From Tubiluchus corallicola (lineage: Eukaryota > Animalia > Priapulida): a DNA stretch of 64,000 nt. The notes beneath the pieces are model-generated. The model worked only from the letters and a program-made list of their open reading frames with translations. It made no database searches and was not told the DNA's origin. The stretch is taken from the NCBI GenBank assembly GCA_030141605.1, contig JAQGDQ010000533.1, positions 87,695 to 151,694 on the forward strand. Reading direction: 5' to 3'. A program made the position numbers and the translations under genes. This document shows, one piece after another, positions 36,676 to 51,088 of the stretch; the first letter of the stretch is position 1, and each line of letters opens with the position of its first letter.

Positions 36676-36983
36676 AATCTATTTCAATGCTCTAAAGATC
36701 AATTTGTCAAGCAAGTGAAAGTAGATTAACCCACAGGCACGATTATCTAGACCACCTAACAACTTAAATCACTTTCAGTCAGAACACCTGATCTCCTCGA
36801 TAAATTTTCACGCAAGACACCTGTAATTAGCTTAACTTGCAGGTAAATTCGCCACCCGTGTAAAGTAATCAGCACGTTGTGCTGCGGAACAGGTCCGCTA
36901 ACAAGGCAAGATGGTAGTTATTACATGTCTAATAAACGCTTACAATCAGACTATTGAAGACTCACAAATGCACGAATGTAAGC

Positions 36984-37646
36984 TTAAAGGACATGAAAAG
37001 GGGTACCTCAAGTAGCTTTCAGTAAAATCGCCTTAAAAAATTATATTACTTTATAGCAATTTTATGCATATATCGTACTCGCGTTGAAAGGAATTTTCAT
37101 TTGTTTTCATTATAAATCTCTCGCAATGCTGTTCCGACCACGCCATTGCAATGACGTCATACATGCACAACGTAAATCAAGGGAAGAAAAGGCAATGTTA
37201 AATTTGTCCCAAAAAACTTTCCATGCAAATCTATATTACTTAGCATTTCGTTTGCCTGCTGGAAAGACTTATGTAACTAGAAATAATAATTTAAAATGTT
37301 CGTGCCAGTTGATAAAATGTTGCTGACTCACCCTCCAGGGTGCACCTCTCTCTAACTTATTTTTAATCTTATTGACAAGATACAGTAATTTAAAATTCTT
37401 AGTTAGTGACGTGTGTACTATGAATGCTCTGATTATTTTTTCAAACTTCACGCAATGACATCTAAACTTGTTTTAAACGACCTAGCATTAAAATGGCTGC
37501 GCCTAACTGTCATAGCGCGAGTTTAAATTTACATGTTTTATACAACGTTACTGCTAACGCAAGTCCTGTTTGCACGTAATTGATATAAAACGGTATAAAA
37601 TTTCAAGACAATTTTTTTCAACTTCATTTGTTTTCTTGTCTTTCAA
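36984..37646 (+). mobile_element. Kolobok/T2-type MITE family A, full-length copy
   Basis: Starts TTAAAGGACATGAAAAGGGG and ends TTTTCTTGTC.TT..AA. Internal sequence shared with eight other copies in the window. Confidence 0.75.
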
Positions 37647-38107
37647 AGAAGAAAAAGAAATGCGACTAGATTAAGGCACTGAAATCAATATTTGCATTTT
37701 TAAATTACGTTAATTGAAAGTCGACATTTGCAATTTTTAAATCACATTAATCAAAAACAATGCAGCCTACGAGGTCTGTGGATCAACTCAAAACTGGAAA
37801 TGCCAGCATACGGCTTTACAACCACCATAATAAGTAATTTCGATCAGAAGAATTCTGTCTACAACAAAGCTCCTTCCACAAATATCACGATCTGACCGAA
37901 GTGATCTTTCACTAATCCACAACTAAAAACTGAAGCTCCTAAGTTTGTGTAATTCTACGTTCTCTCTTCAATGGTATTATATAACATTGAATTAAAAGAT
38001 CGTCACTTGAAGACGAATTGGCGTGGCCAGCCAAAAAAGGCTGTGATTATCTGCCAAATTGATACGATCTTTTTAAGTAGCAGTCGACTTGCAAATCTTA
38101 ACACTAA

Positions 38108-38650
38108 TTAAAGGAAAAAACAACTGAGTATGTTGGGTTTATTTTGCTGTTATGACTTAAGCTTAGAAAAATCTAAAAAAGAAATTTGCGTAAAACTGCC
38201 CACAAAGTTAATTTATGCTAAACAGAAATTTTCTTGTGGAGTGGTAGCCGCCATTCACTTGAAAATTAAGACGTAACTGGTGGACCTCGTGAATTTTTGT
38301 GAGCCTATCGTATGGCTATCTATCTATAAGCACGCACTTTTTAAAATACTTTCAATTTTTGCAGCTTGCCTAATGCTCATACAGAAATATCACAAAATGA
38401 GCTATCTAATTTTTTTGTAAAAACGTATTACACTTTTGACGAAAATTGACAGTGCGCTGTTTTTCTTCAGTCATGACGTCATTGGCGGAAAACGAGCGTT
38501 CAAAATGGAAGCGCCCAAGTGTGAAATGACCGTGACTTTAAAGTAATTTTACTAATTACACGTGGCGTTTATCACACTTCTATTAGTAATTTTTTCCGAA
38601 TATTGAAGTAAATCTGACTTCCCACAAGGCTTGACCTCCTTTCCTTTGAA
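38108..38650 (+). mobile_element. Kolobok/T2-type MITE family E
   Basis: TTAAAGGAAA ... TTTCCTTTGAA termini. Collinear second copy at 45310-45860. Confidence 0.68.
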
Positions 38651-40964
38651 CATAATCTTAGATTTTTTATCATTTGTCATCATGTTTGTGGGGTGTTTTT
38701 GCTTGTTTATTTTTGTTTCTGCGTGTTTGTCCTTTTCTTAGTTCATTTACCTGTTTTTCGCTCAGTGCTCAGCCTGTCTTTCGTTTATCCAGCTATTCAT
38801 TCATTCATTCATTCGCTCAGAAACTTTTCGTATTTCTATTTTTTTATTACGAAAACACTAAACAACAATACAATATGGCAAAACACATTATGATAACATG
38901 GTATACATAGTTACATTAATTTTATAATAAAACTGACATGACATGATATCTGTACAAATTGTTGCTAGCATTTTGTGTTTAACTATATTTTGTATATTGC
39001 ACATTAATTATGAAACAGTGTGAATAGGCAATGAAAGATCACGTGATTACGTGTCATATTTACATAGGTGTGAAGCCAAGCTTAATGGATTCCCAGTAAC
39101 AAACACTATATTGACAGAAGCCATCAAAAGCACTCTGCCTAAGTCATCTGCAACAGTTTTCCACAATGAAACCCCAAGTGAAACGTTAAAAGAACACAAA
39201 GCACATATTGAACACACGGCTAGCGTTGTTAATGATTCCTGCGGGTTGCTCATCTGACGATGTTATATTGTGGTTAAAACGCGTTTATGCTATAAACGCG
39301 TTTGTGAGCTATTATCATGCACGAAGGGCATTGTGTATTATAAGGGCAAAACATAAAACGAAGAATTTATGCTAGGCGTTATGTGCTTATTTGTTATCTG
39401 CACAATAAGCCGTTTGACAGTTTTGTTTGCGCAAGCGCAGTTGCTGTAGCTCAAAGGTTAAGTGTACCACAGCAGCGCGTCTTAACTACAACCGTCACTT
39501 GACGTGTGGGTAAAGCAAAGCCGTCTGCCGTTTCAGTTCAGCAACTTCAGTTGTTTTACGTGTGCTTTGCTTATTTATGCATTAGTCTGTGCATGGAGTG
39601 ATTTACTAGTAGGATCTTGCTTGGGAACAAGAAAAAATGAACTAGGTAAGGTTCTAGCTAGCTCTCAAAACATGTTAAAACTGTTACTATTACCATAGCA
39701 TGGTCTGCGAGGCGTACATAAATGCGTTGTCCGGTACACTTAACCTTTGACCTTACAACTTAAAATCCTTCTCTCATGACGAATATTCAATTTATTTTAT
39801 TATAAACTTACAGTGAAACTTCTTTCTTTTGATGTTTTATCACTTCGTTGTTAGCGGTATTAAATTTGAAGAAACGCCATTTTTCATTGCGCGAGGCGAA
39901 TGGCGTAACGAGTGCAGTCACGAGGTCACCAAAGATCAGTAAACGAGCATCGGTGACCAAAGACGCTTTCTGTACCTCGTACGTCATTCTCGCTCACTCG
40001 CTCCTATGACGCGAAACATGGCGATCTTTACGCATTCGAAATTTACCAGAAAAAGTTATTTAATTTACAAGTTCCTTTTGTTAAATAAAAAACGTGAATT
40101 CTTTGTGTAGTATTCGTAATGTGTAAAAAAACTCCAATGTCTGTTGGGGTTACGCAGGCCTTTAATAAGAATTTAACTTACGAGACATTTTGTAATTTCA
40201 TTCTTCTTTTGCGTTTCGTTTTCTTTTCACCTCGTACTCAATTACTACAATTAATTATTGACTTCTTCGTAGTCAAAGTTTCTTTATACTATACATATAA
40301 GTTATATTACAAGCGTGAGCACTCAACGGCATCACTTACTCGGTGTAGATAGTTGTAGCTAGACCTGGACCTAGTTTATCAATCAAGAATAACCCTCTAA
40401 CATGAGGCACTGAACCAGCTGTGGTATCTCATTCACTTATGTTCTCTGGAAGTGTGTGTCCATGGGTAGTATGGAACACCCAGAACAACAACTGAACACG
40501 AGGGTCACCCTACCATTCAGTGATTTGGCTCGGCGTTGCATAACTACTGTCATTAAGCACACGTAAAGCGTCTAATTCACCCATTTGGTTGCTGTTAGAC
40601 CTGAAAAGTGTTGAAACTTAAGTAACAAACTCCTTTTTTGTGAAGAAACTGCCTTGACTGTACACAAATTGGCCGAAATTCTTAATTTTCCCGGTAGTTG
40701 TACCTACACTCAAGTGCTATCTCCGTCAGTTGCCTACAGACCTAATTTCCCTGGCACAGGGTTAACAATTTCCTGTTTAATTCGTCTCCGGCTTGCACGT
40801 CGTGTCACTACCACTGGGAGGGCTTCCCCGCCTTATAATCAACGGTAAGAGCAAATCCTAGTAATGTTAAGCCAGGCGAAGGTCAGCGAAGCGATACAAT
40901 GTTAGTAGGACAGCAATTAGTAGACTGTTTCAAGAAAAATGTATGAGCTACTTTTTGCGTTCCG

Positions 40965-41031
40965 TTGTAGTTGCTGTTATCTTTGTTATTGTCGCTGTCG
41001 TTGTCGTCGTCGTCGTCGTCACTGCTGCTGC

Positions 41032-41064
<33 letters not shown>

Positions 41065-41477
41065 CGTCGTCGCAGTTGTCGTGATTGCCGTCGTCGTTGT
41101 TTGTGTTGTAGTTTTTGTTGCTGGTGCTGCTGCTAGTGTTGTTTGCTGTTGCTGTTGTCATCATTGTGCCACTATCACTGTCATTATCATTGCCCGTTAT
41201 CATTATTGTTTGTGTTGTTGCTGTTGCTGTTGCCGTTGTCGTCGCCGCCATCATCATCTGTGTGTCATTGTTGTTCTTATCGCTATCATTGTCATTGTCG
41301 CTGTTGTTGTGGTTGTCACTGTTGTTCTTGTCGTATTTATTGTAGTTGTTAGCTCGTCACTGTTTGTGACGCCGATGTTGCTGTTTTTGGTGTTGCTGCT
41401 GCTACTACTACTGCTGCTACTGCTGCTGCTGTTATTGTTGTTGCTGCAGCTGCTGTTGCTGTTGTTGCTGTTGTTGT

Positions 41478-41509
<32 letters not shown>

Positions 41510-41513
41510 CTGT
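40965..41513. repeat. Degenerate (GTT/GCT/GTC)n tract
   Basis: Direct reading. Confidence 0.93.
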
Positions 41514-41950
41514 TCTAGAAACTAGACACTAGAGAAACGCGTTTATCTCAGATTCACGCACATTAACGCCGAAGCCACACAAGTACAGAAGTAACCAGAT
41601 TATTGAAGAATTGCCTTGTTATCCCAGAAAAAGTAGATTAATTCGAATAAGCCTCTTCTTGGGATAACTAGGCAATTCTTGGATAATACGAGGATAATGC
41701 GGGAGACAAAGAGAAGCAGCTAGACTAACCTACATCAGAGAGGAAACCAGCGTGCGCTATGTGTGGAGAGGGCGCTTCGCTCAAGCACTTGCTGTGTTTA
41801 GCAAACATTTCACTCTCAGTTGATTTTATCTTTGATGTTGTAGAGAAATTACTAAGTAAATAAACAACCATCACCGCTTCAGTAGTTCATACATTTTTGC
41901 CGGTTAATTCGACACACTTCTCTAGTTAAATAGCCGTGTTTAATCTGCAT

Positions 41951-42385
41951 TTAAAGCAAGACAGGATGATTTTTCACATACTACCCCATTTTCAAGTCCG
42001 ATGAAAAGTATTCATTTTAACAGCAATTAATGCAACGCAAGAGCGTTTCTGATAATTAAATAATAGAATAAAATTTTAATTAACGATGGGCGAGCCCAAC
42101 TATTGATGACGTCTCAAACTAACATAATTGTCAACAGCAAAAATATTCCACGAGCGTGTTGCACGTGTTTGCAAAAACGAAAGTTGAAGTACAGTGCTAT
42201 TGTAAAATATTTAGTTTGTTGTACTAAAACTAGGCAAGTTCTAAGATAAAAATTCAAATTTCAAATTCACGCATGAGCTGTCGGTCGAACGTGTGTAGTT
42301 CGTCACAAACTAACACAGCTGAACTGAGAGGTACAGCACATGTTTTTGCATAATGCGTTTCCGAAATTATCGTTTCCGCATCAGT
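41951..42385 (+). mobile_element. MITE family B, 3'-truncated
   Basis: Starts TTAAAGCAAGACAGGATG and aligns with 59740-60150. Confidence 0.7.
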
Positions 42386-42608
42386 TTCTTGTCAGAATGT
42401 AAGAAGGACAAGCCAGTCCAATAATAATTTTTTATCGTGTTACAATTTAATTATCTGTTGCCTCTGTGAAATTCCATATTCCACCTTCTTGTTCAAACAA
42501 TCAGCATGACACTGTGTAAGAACTACGGTTGATTTAGATGTGTTCAATCCAAATATACAATCGTACACTTACAATAAGATCATTACAATTAAATATGATT
42601 AGTTACAA

Positions 42609-43121
42609 CTCAAATCATTTAACATTGCCCCTGCTGTGATGGAGAGTTTTTACCGTGCAGTAATTGAGAGCATCTTAACAACATCCCTCACGGTTTGATA
42701 TGGCGCTGCCACTCATGGAGACGCAATGCTCTTGATCAAGTTGTTAAATCCGCTTCAAAAATTATAGGAGTTGAACAGCAATCTATGGCAAATTTGTATG
42801 AAACTAGGGTCGCAGTTATCATGAAAGATGAATTCCATCCAGGTAATATGCTCCTCTCTGGCCATAGATTCCGGCTCAATTAATGCTAAAACCACAAGAA
42901 CTTTAAATTCTTTCTATCCCGTTGCAATTCGCACCATCAACAGTAAATTTCAGTGAATCTTCAATATTAATTCTTTATGTCACAGTACAACTGATTGAAT
43001 TATTTGTGTTAATCTCCTCGTTGTTTCTGTAAGTTATTGCAGTACGTAAAACCACATAAATTTCATTGTATGTATTATGCTATAGACAATAAATTGCTTA
43101 CTTACTTACTTACTTACTTAG
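42609..43121 (+). mobile_element. 5'-truncated, decayed Rex1/Babar-type LINE (C-terminal RT-associated region plus 3' tail)
   Basis: Translates LKSFNIAPAVMESFYRAVIESILTTSLTV*YG, then after frameshifts VVKSASKIIG…IMKDEFHPG…INAKTTRTLNSFYPVAIR. Ends with AATAAA and a (TACT)n tail. Confidence 0.8.
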
Positions 43122-43959
43122 CTAGTGTTTTAGGAAGGGAGAAAGTCACCAGGACTGTGCAGTTATGGCGACCCACATTAATTAGCCTGTTAAATTTACA
43201 AAAAAGCATTAAAATTAATATAATTTATATGAAAAAGAACATAAGCTGTTACATAGGAGTATGAGCTTTGCACACGCTTCCGGAGAAAATAGTACCAAGG
43301 AAAGAAATATTTCAACAAGAAAGTGCGGGCGTTTTTATCAAAGAAGGTTAAATATTGAATCACTACGTGGACAAGCTGCGGATATTTGATCTGAGCACTT
43401 GTAGAGAGAAATGTCAGGTTTGTTCAGTGTTTCATGTTAACATAATAAAATGCCAAAGATTTCCACGTCTGGGCCAGTGCTCATCCAGACGAAGAACTTC
43501 ACGGGTAAGCAGGAAAATTTTGGGGTCTAAAGTAGTTCGAAATCACATCAAGTAGGCCACAGCACCTGGGTTAACCTTGCAAGCATTCTCGAGAACTGAT
43601 TATCAAGCGCCTTAGACCAAAAGTCAGGAACTTTGCTCGTTTGCTATATTAATGATCCGAAAAATCTAATTTATATGGAATATCTCCATCTAATCTTCTA
43701 TCTTTCGCATTGATTTGGCTTTCCATCTGTTTGAAGGTAACCCGGTTTTAAGTTAATTGCATTGCCAGGAAAGAGGGGAAACCTTTGAAACTGTCACCTT
43801 GAAAAAGACTCAAGACAGTTTAATGCAGAAAATTCAAAAACCCTAAAATACCGTTAACTTTACTATTGTCCTTACTATAAAACAAAAAAAATTAGATATT
43901 TTATTGTACCTAACCACTTGTTTTTGCAAATAGCAGTAGTGATGAGTCTCTAGTGATTT

Positions 43960-44512
43960 GTGGTATGCACATGGCCGTATGTGCGGCACGTGCGGTACAC
44001 AGTGTGCGGTTTGTGCAACACGTGGGGCACGCAGTGTGCGGCTTGTGTGACACGTTGTGTGCAGCTTGTACGGCGCATATGGCACGCAATGTGCGGCTTG
44101 TGTGGCACGCAGTGTGTGGCTTGTTAAGCACGTATGGCGCACAGTGTGCGGCACGTGTGGCACACAGTGTGTGGTTTGTGCGGCACATGTGGCACGCAAT
44201 GTGCGGCTTGCGTGGCATGCAGTGTGTGGTTTATGCGGCACATGTGGCACGCAATGTGTGGCTTGTGTGGCATGCAGTGTGTGGCTTGCGCGGCACATGT
44301 GGCACGCAGTGTGTGACTTGTGTGGCATGCAGTGTGTGGCTTGTTAAGCACGTATGGCGCACAGTGTGCGGCACGTGTGGCACGCAGTGTGTGGTTTGTG
44401 CGGCACATGTGGCACGCAATGTGCGGCTGGTGTGGCATGCAGTGTGTGGTTTGTGCGGCACATGTGGCACGCAATGTGTGGCTTGTGTGGCACGCAGCGG
44501 GTGACTTGTGCG
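43960..44512. repeat. GT-rich composite minisatellite (21-bp and 11-bp subunits, ~220-bp higher-order unit)
   Basis: tgtggcacgcagtgtgtggct and tgtgcggcaca subunits. The ttgttaagcacgtatggcgc variant occurs at 44121 and 44341. Confidence 0.92.
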
Positions 44513-45064
44513 GCGAGGTTTCCGTGGTTCTTGTCCGTAACGGTGAATGTACGGCGACTTGGTCTGTCACTCTATTAAGATCTTACAGGAAAAGCGGAGT
44601 CAACCTTAAACTATACCTCAGAACACTCTAACCAACAAAATATTAAAAGGAAACATTGTTTTTTAAGAATGGCTAATTACGTGATAAATTCTTACCGCAG
44701 AAACCTTAGCGCTGTCTAGTTCTTTGCTGTTACTTGCTAATAATAAAGACTGTAATGATAAACCTTTAACATGTTTATTGAGCTACGATCATTTCGGCTA
44801 CTGAAGCCATTATCAAACTATAAATGAAGCCAAAAAGAAAAATAAATAATACATTAATGATACAAAGGCACAAGCTCAAACTACAAAACAACAGATTAGA
44901 ATTTAACTTCAAAATAAACCTGGTTTATTTGCAGAGAAATGTAAAAAATTTTACCTAACAGTATAGTAGTGATAGTAGTATGTATATCTTATATCATAAC
45001 TTTTGCTTAGCTATTGTGATTTATTGTCGTACATTTGTTCTTACTAAGGTGTAATGGAAGTAAA

Positions 45065-45313
45065 ACGCATAGATATGAAATTTAAATGTTTAAATACGAA
45101 ATTTATCGAGTTTTTGTATATCACACTGAATATTGTACAGTAGCACTGTATTTCAATTTTCGCTTTCGCAAACACCTGCAATACGCTTACGGAACGTTTG
45201 TGCAAAATAAGTGATGAATTAAACACGTTGGCATTATTATAGGTCCGAAAATGTTTAATTTTTATCTCGCTTCAAAGTGGGGTAAAATATGAAGATATCC
45301 CGTCTTCCTTTAA
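45065..45313 (-). mobile_element. MITE family B degenerate copy
   Basis: gcactgtatttcaattttcgctttcgcaaacac block and CTTCCTTTAA end. Confidence 0.6.
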
Positions 45314-45861
45314 AGAAAATAACAAGTTAATCAGTATATCAGCTTTATTTTACTGTTACGACTTAAACTTAGAAAAATATAACAAAGAAATTTGCAAAAA
45401 ACGTTTTATGAAGCATAAAATTAAAATATACTACCTCTGATTAGAAACTTCCAGGCGTGGTGGTTGCCATCATTAACTTGAAAATTATAATGTAACTGGG
45501 AGACTTCGTGACTTTTCGTAAGCGCGTCGTGGCTTTCCGTAAGCCCGCGCTGCTTAAAATAATGCAAACTTCTGCAGATTACATAATATTCACGGGAAAA
45601 TGTTACAAAATTAGCTAATTTTTTGTAAAAATTTATACTTTTGATCGACAGCGCGCTACTTTTCTTCAACACGAATAGTGTTATTGAAAGAAGAATGGGC
45701 ATTGAAAATGGAAGCGCTCAAGCATGAAGTGATCGTGACTTTAACATGATTGTATTAATTACACAAGGCGCTTATTGCAGTTTTACTACTAAATCCTACA
45801 AAAATTTTTTACGAACATTGAAGTAAGCCTATCTTCCCAGAATGCTTTGCTTTCCCTCTAA
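45310..45861 (+). mobile_element. MITE family E second copy, sharing its left TTAA with a family B end
   Basis: Aligns with 38108-38650 (cttagaaaaat, aaaatggaagcgc, cgtgactttaa blocks). Confidence 0.68.
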
Positions 45862-46021
45862 CAATGGTGAAACTTGTTATTAAACTGTATATTAATACAT
45901 TCAGCTTTCTTAGAATTGTATGAAGATGATCGAAGTTTTAGGTAAAAGAGAAGAGTAATAATTATATACAGATAAGAGTGAATTAAGAAGAGGGTAGAAC
46001 GAATAGAGGCAGTGAGAGAAG

Positions 46022-46383
46022 GAATAGAATAGAACAGAACACAACAGAAAAGAAAAGAAGGCACAGAATAGAATAGAATAGAATAGAATAGAATAGAATA
46101 GAATAGAATAGAATAGAATAGAATAGAATAGAATAGAATAGAACAGAACAGAAGGAACAGAATAGAATAGAGTAGAATAGCACAGAATAGAATAGCATAG
46201 AATAGAATAGAATAGAATAGAATAGAATAGAATAGAATAGAATAGAATAGAATAGAATAGAATAGAATAGAATAGAATAGAATAGAGTAGAGTAGAATAG
46301 AATAGAATAGAATAGAATAGAATAGAATAGAATAGAATAGAATAGAATAGAATAGAATAGAATAGAATAGAATAGAATAGAAT
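46022..46383. repeat. (AATAG)n microsatellite
   Basis: Direct reading. Confidence 0.98.
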
Positions 46384-47483
46384 AAATATATTTTACAACA
46401 AATGGAACGATACAATTATCGCCAACGCGGATAAAAATAGAATATTTTTGTTAGTGCTGTGCACGGCTTAAGTTTGTTTTTGTAAATATTGTAGAACTTT
46501 TAATCTTTTTAGCTCTTTACAAAAAGATTGGGAACTACGATGAAAATGTACAAACTGGATATTTACCAAATGAACCAAATGTGTAATTTTGTTTACTACA
46601 CAATGTTGCTTATTTAACGACCCGGATTAATGGCGAACTGCATGATTTCATTGAAAGAAAACGAGGAAAATTAATTCTGAACTTCGTGGGATGCATCGCA
46701 AATCCGTGAAGCAAAGCTCTGCAATTAACGGAGGTCTGAGTTTCATTGCAGTCTTATGGCTAAAGTAATTTTATCCTGTTAACTTCTCTAGCAGAAGATT
46801 CAGTGTCTTAAAGCAACAACGTTGTGGATACGATGAAATGGAAGTTTGTTATCGAGTTTCTTTCAACACTGCGCCGAGTTAAATGTCAGATTTAATTGAG
46901 TTAAGATTCGACAGACCTCTGTCAACGTATTTAAGCATGTACTTTCCCTGTCTTAACGTGTGAACATGTAAGAATGTGCTTGTGTGAGTGTGAAAACGAA
47001 ATGAGAGTGAATTTACATATGAATCACTAAAACCATATTAGTTTTCTACTTTCCGAGAAATTCAGATTAATTTATTGACTACCACACTTTATGGAAGCTG
47101 CTCAGTGTCGTAATAAGTAAATCGCATTTATTCTTTTGCTAAATGACACAGTTTAATTACTTTCATTAGCGCTGTTTCATGTCTCATTTATTACAGGGAG
47201 ACAAGAAATTTCTTGTAAAATCGTTGCCTAAAACACCTAGCAACTCTCTAATGGCGGTAAGAACAGTTTGTTTCGTACGAAACGTAACAGGAACAAGAAG
47301 GCTACAGCCTCCTCTGAAGTAGGAACCTCTGAGGCAGGAATATGTCCGAGTGGTCACGGTAGACTAATAAGAAAATTCTACTTTAATTCCAAAATGCAGT
47401 TAAACTCAGTAACGGTCAGCTGGACTTCCACGTTCTGTTTGGTCTACTGGTATGGTCTGTCCTGCTGGTCTAGTCTGGTATGC

Positions 47484-47877
47484 TCTAATCTAATCTAATC
47501 TAATCTAATCTAATCTAATCTAATCTAATCTAATCTAATCTAATCTAATCTAATCTAATCTAATCTAATCTAATCTAATCTAATCTAATCTAATCTAATC
47601 TAATCTAATCTAATCTAATCTAATCTAATCTAATCTAATCTAATCTAATCTAATCTAATCTAATCTAATCTAATCTAATCTAATCTAATCTAATCTAATC
47701 TAATCTAATCTAATCTAATCTAATCTAATCTAATCTAATCTAATCTAATCTAATCTAAGCTAAGCTAAGCTAAGCTAATCTAATCTAATCTAATCTAATC
47801 TAATCCAATCCAATCCAATCTAATCTAATCTAATCTAACCTAACCCAATCTAATCAAATCTAATCTAATCTAATCTA
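47484..47877. repeat. (AATCT)n microsatellite
   Basis: Direct reading. Confidence 0.98.
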
Positions 47878-48047
47878 GATCTGATCTCTTTGTGCTCATT
47901 TACTTTGTAGAAAGAGGATATGTACCGAATAACTTGACTAAAACACCCCTGTCAATTCAGGGTTTGATCTTACACTTCTGCTTCTACATTAACTAGGTCT
48001 GACTTGCTGTCCGAGGCACATTTTATCTGTGACATTTGAGAATGCCA

Positions 48048-48140
48048 CCTCTGTTAGCATAGTGGCTAAGCACAGCTGCCCGGAAAGCACTCAAAGCAAA
48101 AGGTCTGCGACTGGGTTCGAAAGTGGGGATGTAAAACTTT
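48048..48140 (+). mobile_element. tRNA-derived SINE head
   Basis: A-box TAGCATAGTGG and B-box GGGTTCGAA. Confidence 0.45.
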
Positions 48141-48663
48141 TTCTGATTTAATATTGCTTTCGTGAGTTTTTTGAATTTCAATTGCATCGGTTACTTTTTT
48201 GCTTTAACTTACAAAAAGCATTGCTTTGATACGAAACGTTTGATGTGAAGTGAGTCTGAGTAGAAGTTTCTACGTTATGTTTACGGTTCAAGTTGAAAAT
48301 GACGTCACTGTGCTCGCCTGTATGCATTCCTCAACAATCAATACTTTTAGCGTTTAAAGGGCAAGCTACTGCTTCAGATTTATTCAAGCCTTGTTTAGGT
48401 TAATCAACGATAGCACTTTAAATTGATTTCAGATTTTGTCAGACGTAAGAGCTTTCTGATGTGGTCTGATGGCTTCTTTTAAACTTTAGCCACTTTTAGC
48501 AGCCGATAAATGAAGCCACACTATTACGATCATGAAGTGTGACACACACACACTCTTTCTCTCATTCCTTACACCTTTCTCCCTCGCTCTCTTTCCTCTT
48601 CTCTCCCCTCTCTCTTTCTCTTCCACTTGTCTCTGTTTCTCTTTCAGTTTGTTCTCTCTCTCG

Positions 48664-48718
<55 letters not shown>

Positions 48719-49151
48719 AAAACACTGAAAATGATTTTGTAAGGATTAATTGAGTATTAGTCCTGGTTTTTACCGACGTAGGGAAAAATCCAGAATTTAT
48801 ATTGGACACCGCAATGGCCACACTTAATCCCAGGACTACTGCTTCTTGCGTCAGCGTGGCAGATAAAAGTCACAACATTTATTGCACATTCTCCAGACAA
48901 ATCCACTTGATAAATCCGTGGATTGATGGTTGAGATTACATTAGACGATCCTACACTAACATGCAGAACGCCGCACAGCTTTTCAATATGCACAACTGAC
49001 TAGCAAGAGGCATAAAACTCATCATAAAATGAGAGATTGTGATGCGAGGCGTAAGGATAAAAACGAACTTCAGTCATAACGTTCTCAGCTTATTAGAATA
49101 AAACTGTAACGTTTTGTAATGGCTGAGCGGTTTCAACAATGACATTTTCTC

Positions 49152-49935
<784 letters not shown>

Positions 49936-50631
49936 AGTCGCGTTGCTGCTGATTAGTTCCTGAATGAAACATTAAGACTACAACACAGTTGGAGAAATTA
50001 AAAGCGACTTCGCTAATATATATGTAAGGAAAAATCAGCCAATCAAACGCTAACCATCTAAGCACTCCCTAAACCAGTGCTTTAGACATTTCGCCCACAC
50101 ACTCTGGCTGAAAATAGCCAAACTTTCACTTTTTTTGATACTCCCACCCTCTCTGAAAAACACAATAAAGAAGCCATCGGCAATTCAGCAACACAAACGA
50201 AGCTCAAGTATCATCAGACATGAGAGCCCTCTACCGCCTCCATACAAGTCGGTTGTCAATTGTAATCTGGCACGACGATAAACCAATAAACTGCGTCAAG
50301 CGGACATTTCATTCTGTCATCATCAGCGTCAATATTGGCAAGTAACCTGCCACCTTAATGTAGCTGACCAGCAAATTTCATTACCGCTATTAGTGAGGAG
50401 AAAGCAAGTCTCATTGTACATTCCCCTGATGTGAAATGACAAAGTGTTGTAGCTGCTTGTAATGTGATTAGCAGTTGTTGTAGTCTCAAATTCGTGTTCA
50501 TTTTCGTTGTCACGTATGTTTTTAGGATGCACGAAAGTCACTCACACTGATGACATTGGTAATGCAGTTGTAACTAGGTTTTCAGGTGTTACAGCCCATA
50601 AGCCTCTTGTGCAGTATGTTTGTATGGTCTG

Positions 50632-51088
50632 TTAAAGGAGAAGAAAAGGAAATTTTAAAGTATGTCCCAAAAAATATTCTGTACAACGTTGTACTTTTTT
50701 GCCTATTTGCTGTTTTACACTTACCTGTTTGAAAGATTGGAAAAGAAAACTGTCAACTGATAACTTAATATGTTCGCGCCAGTTGGTGAAACGTCATTGA
50801 CTCGCCATCCCAGTGTGCACCACTGGCTCACCAAAAAGACATTATTGATCTTATTGACAATATAAAATAATTTATACTTTAGTTTATTCAGCAAAGTGTG
50901 CACTGCGAATGCCACAATTATTTTTTCCAATCTTGAACCCAACGATCATCACAGTTTAAACTTACAAGTTTTATACAGCGTTACTTGCCAATGCAAACTC
51001 TGTATGCAATAAGACAGCATATAAGTGACACACAATTTCAAGACGAATTTTTAGCTCTATGTAAGTAATAGGTTTTCTTGTCCGTTAA
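50632..51088 (+). mobile_element. MITE family A short form with both ends
   Basis: TTAAAGGAGAAGAAAAGG ... TTTTCTTGTCCGTTAA, flanked by TTAA. Confidence 0.75.

Noticed and set aside
36024-36718. Leu/Ser/Phe-rich and RE-rich ORFs
   Set aside because: These are translations of the GA/TC low-complexity tract.
39047-39257. Overlapping 68-aa ORFs in unique-looking sequence
   Set aside because: No recognisable domain and no convincing splice sites linking them to a gene.
43843-44631. Cys/His-rich ORFs resembling metallothionein or zinc fingers
   Set aside because: ORFs are open in nearly all frames on both strands because the GT-rich minisatellite lacks stops, and the 11-bp subunits shift frame.
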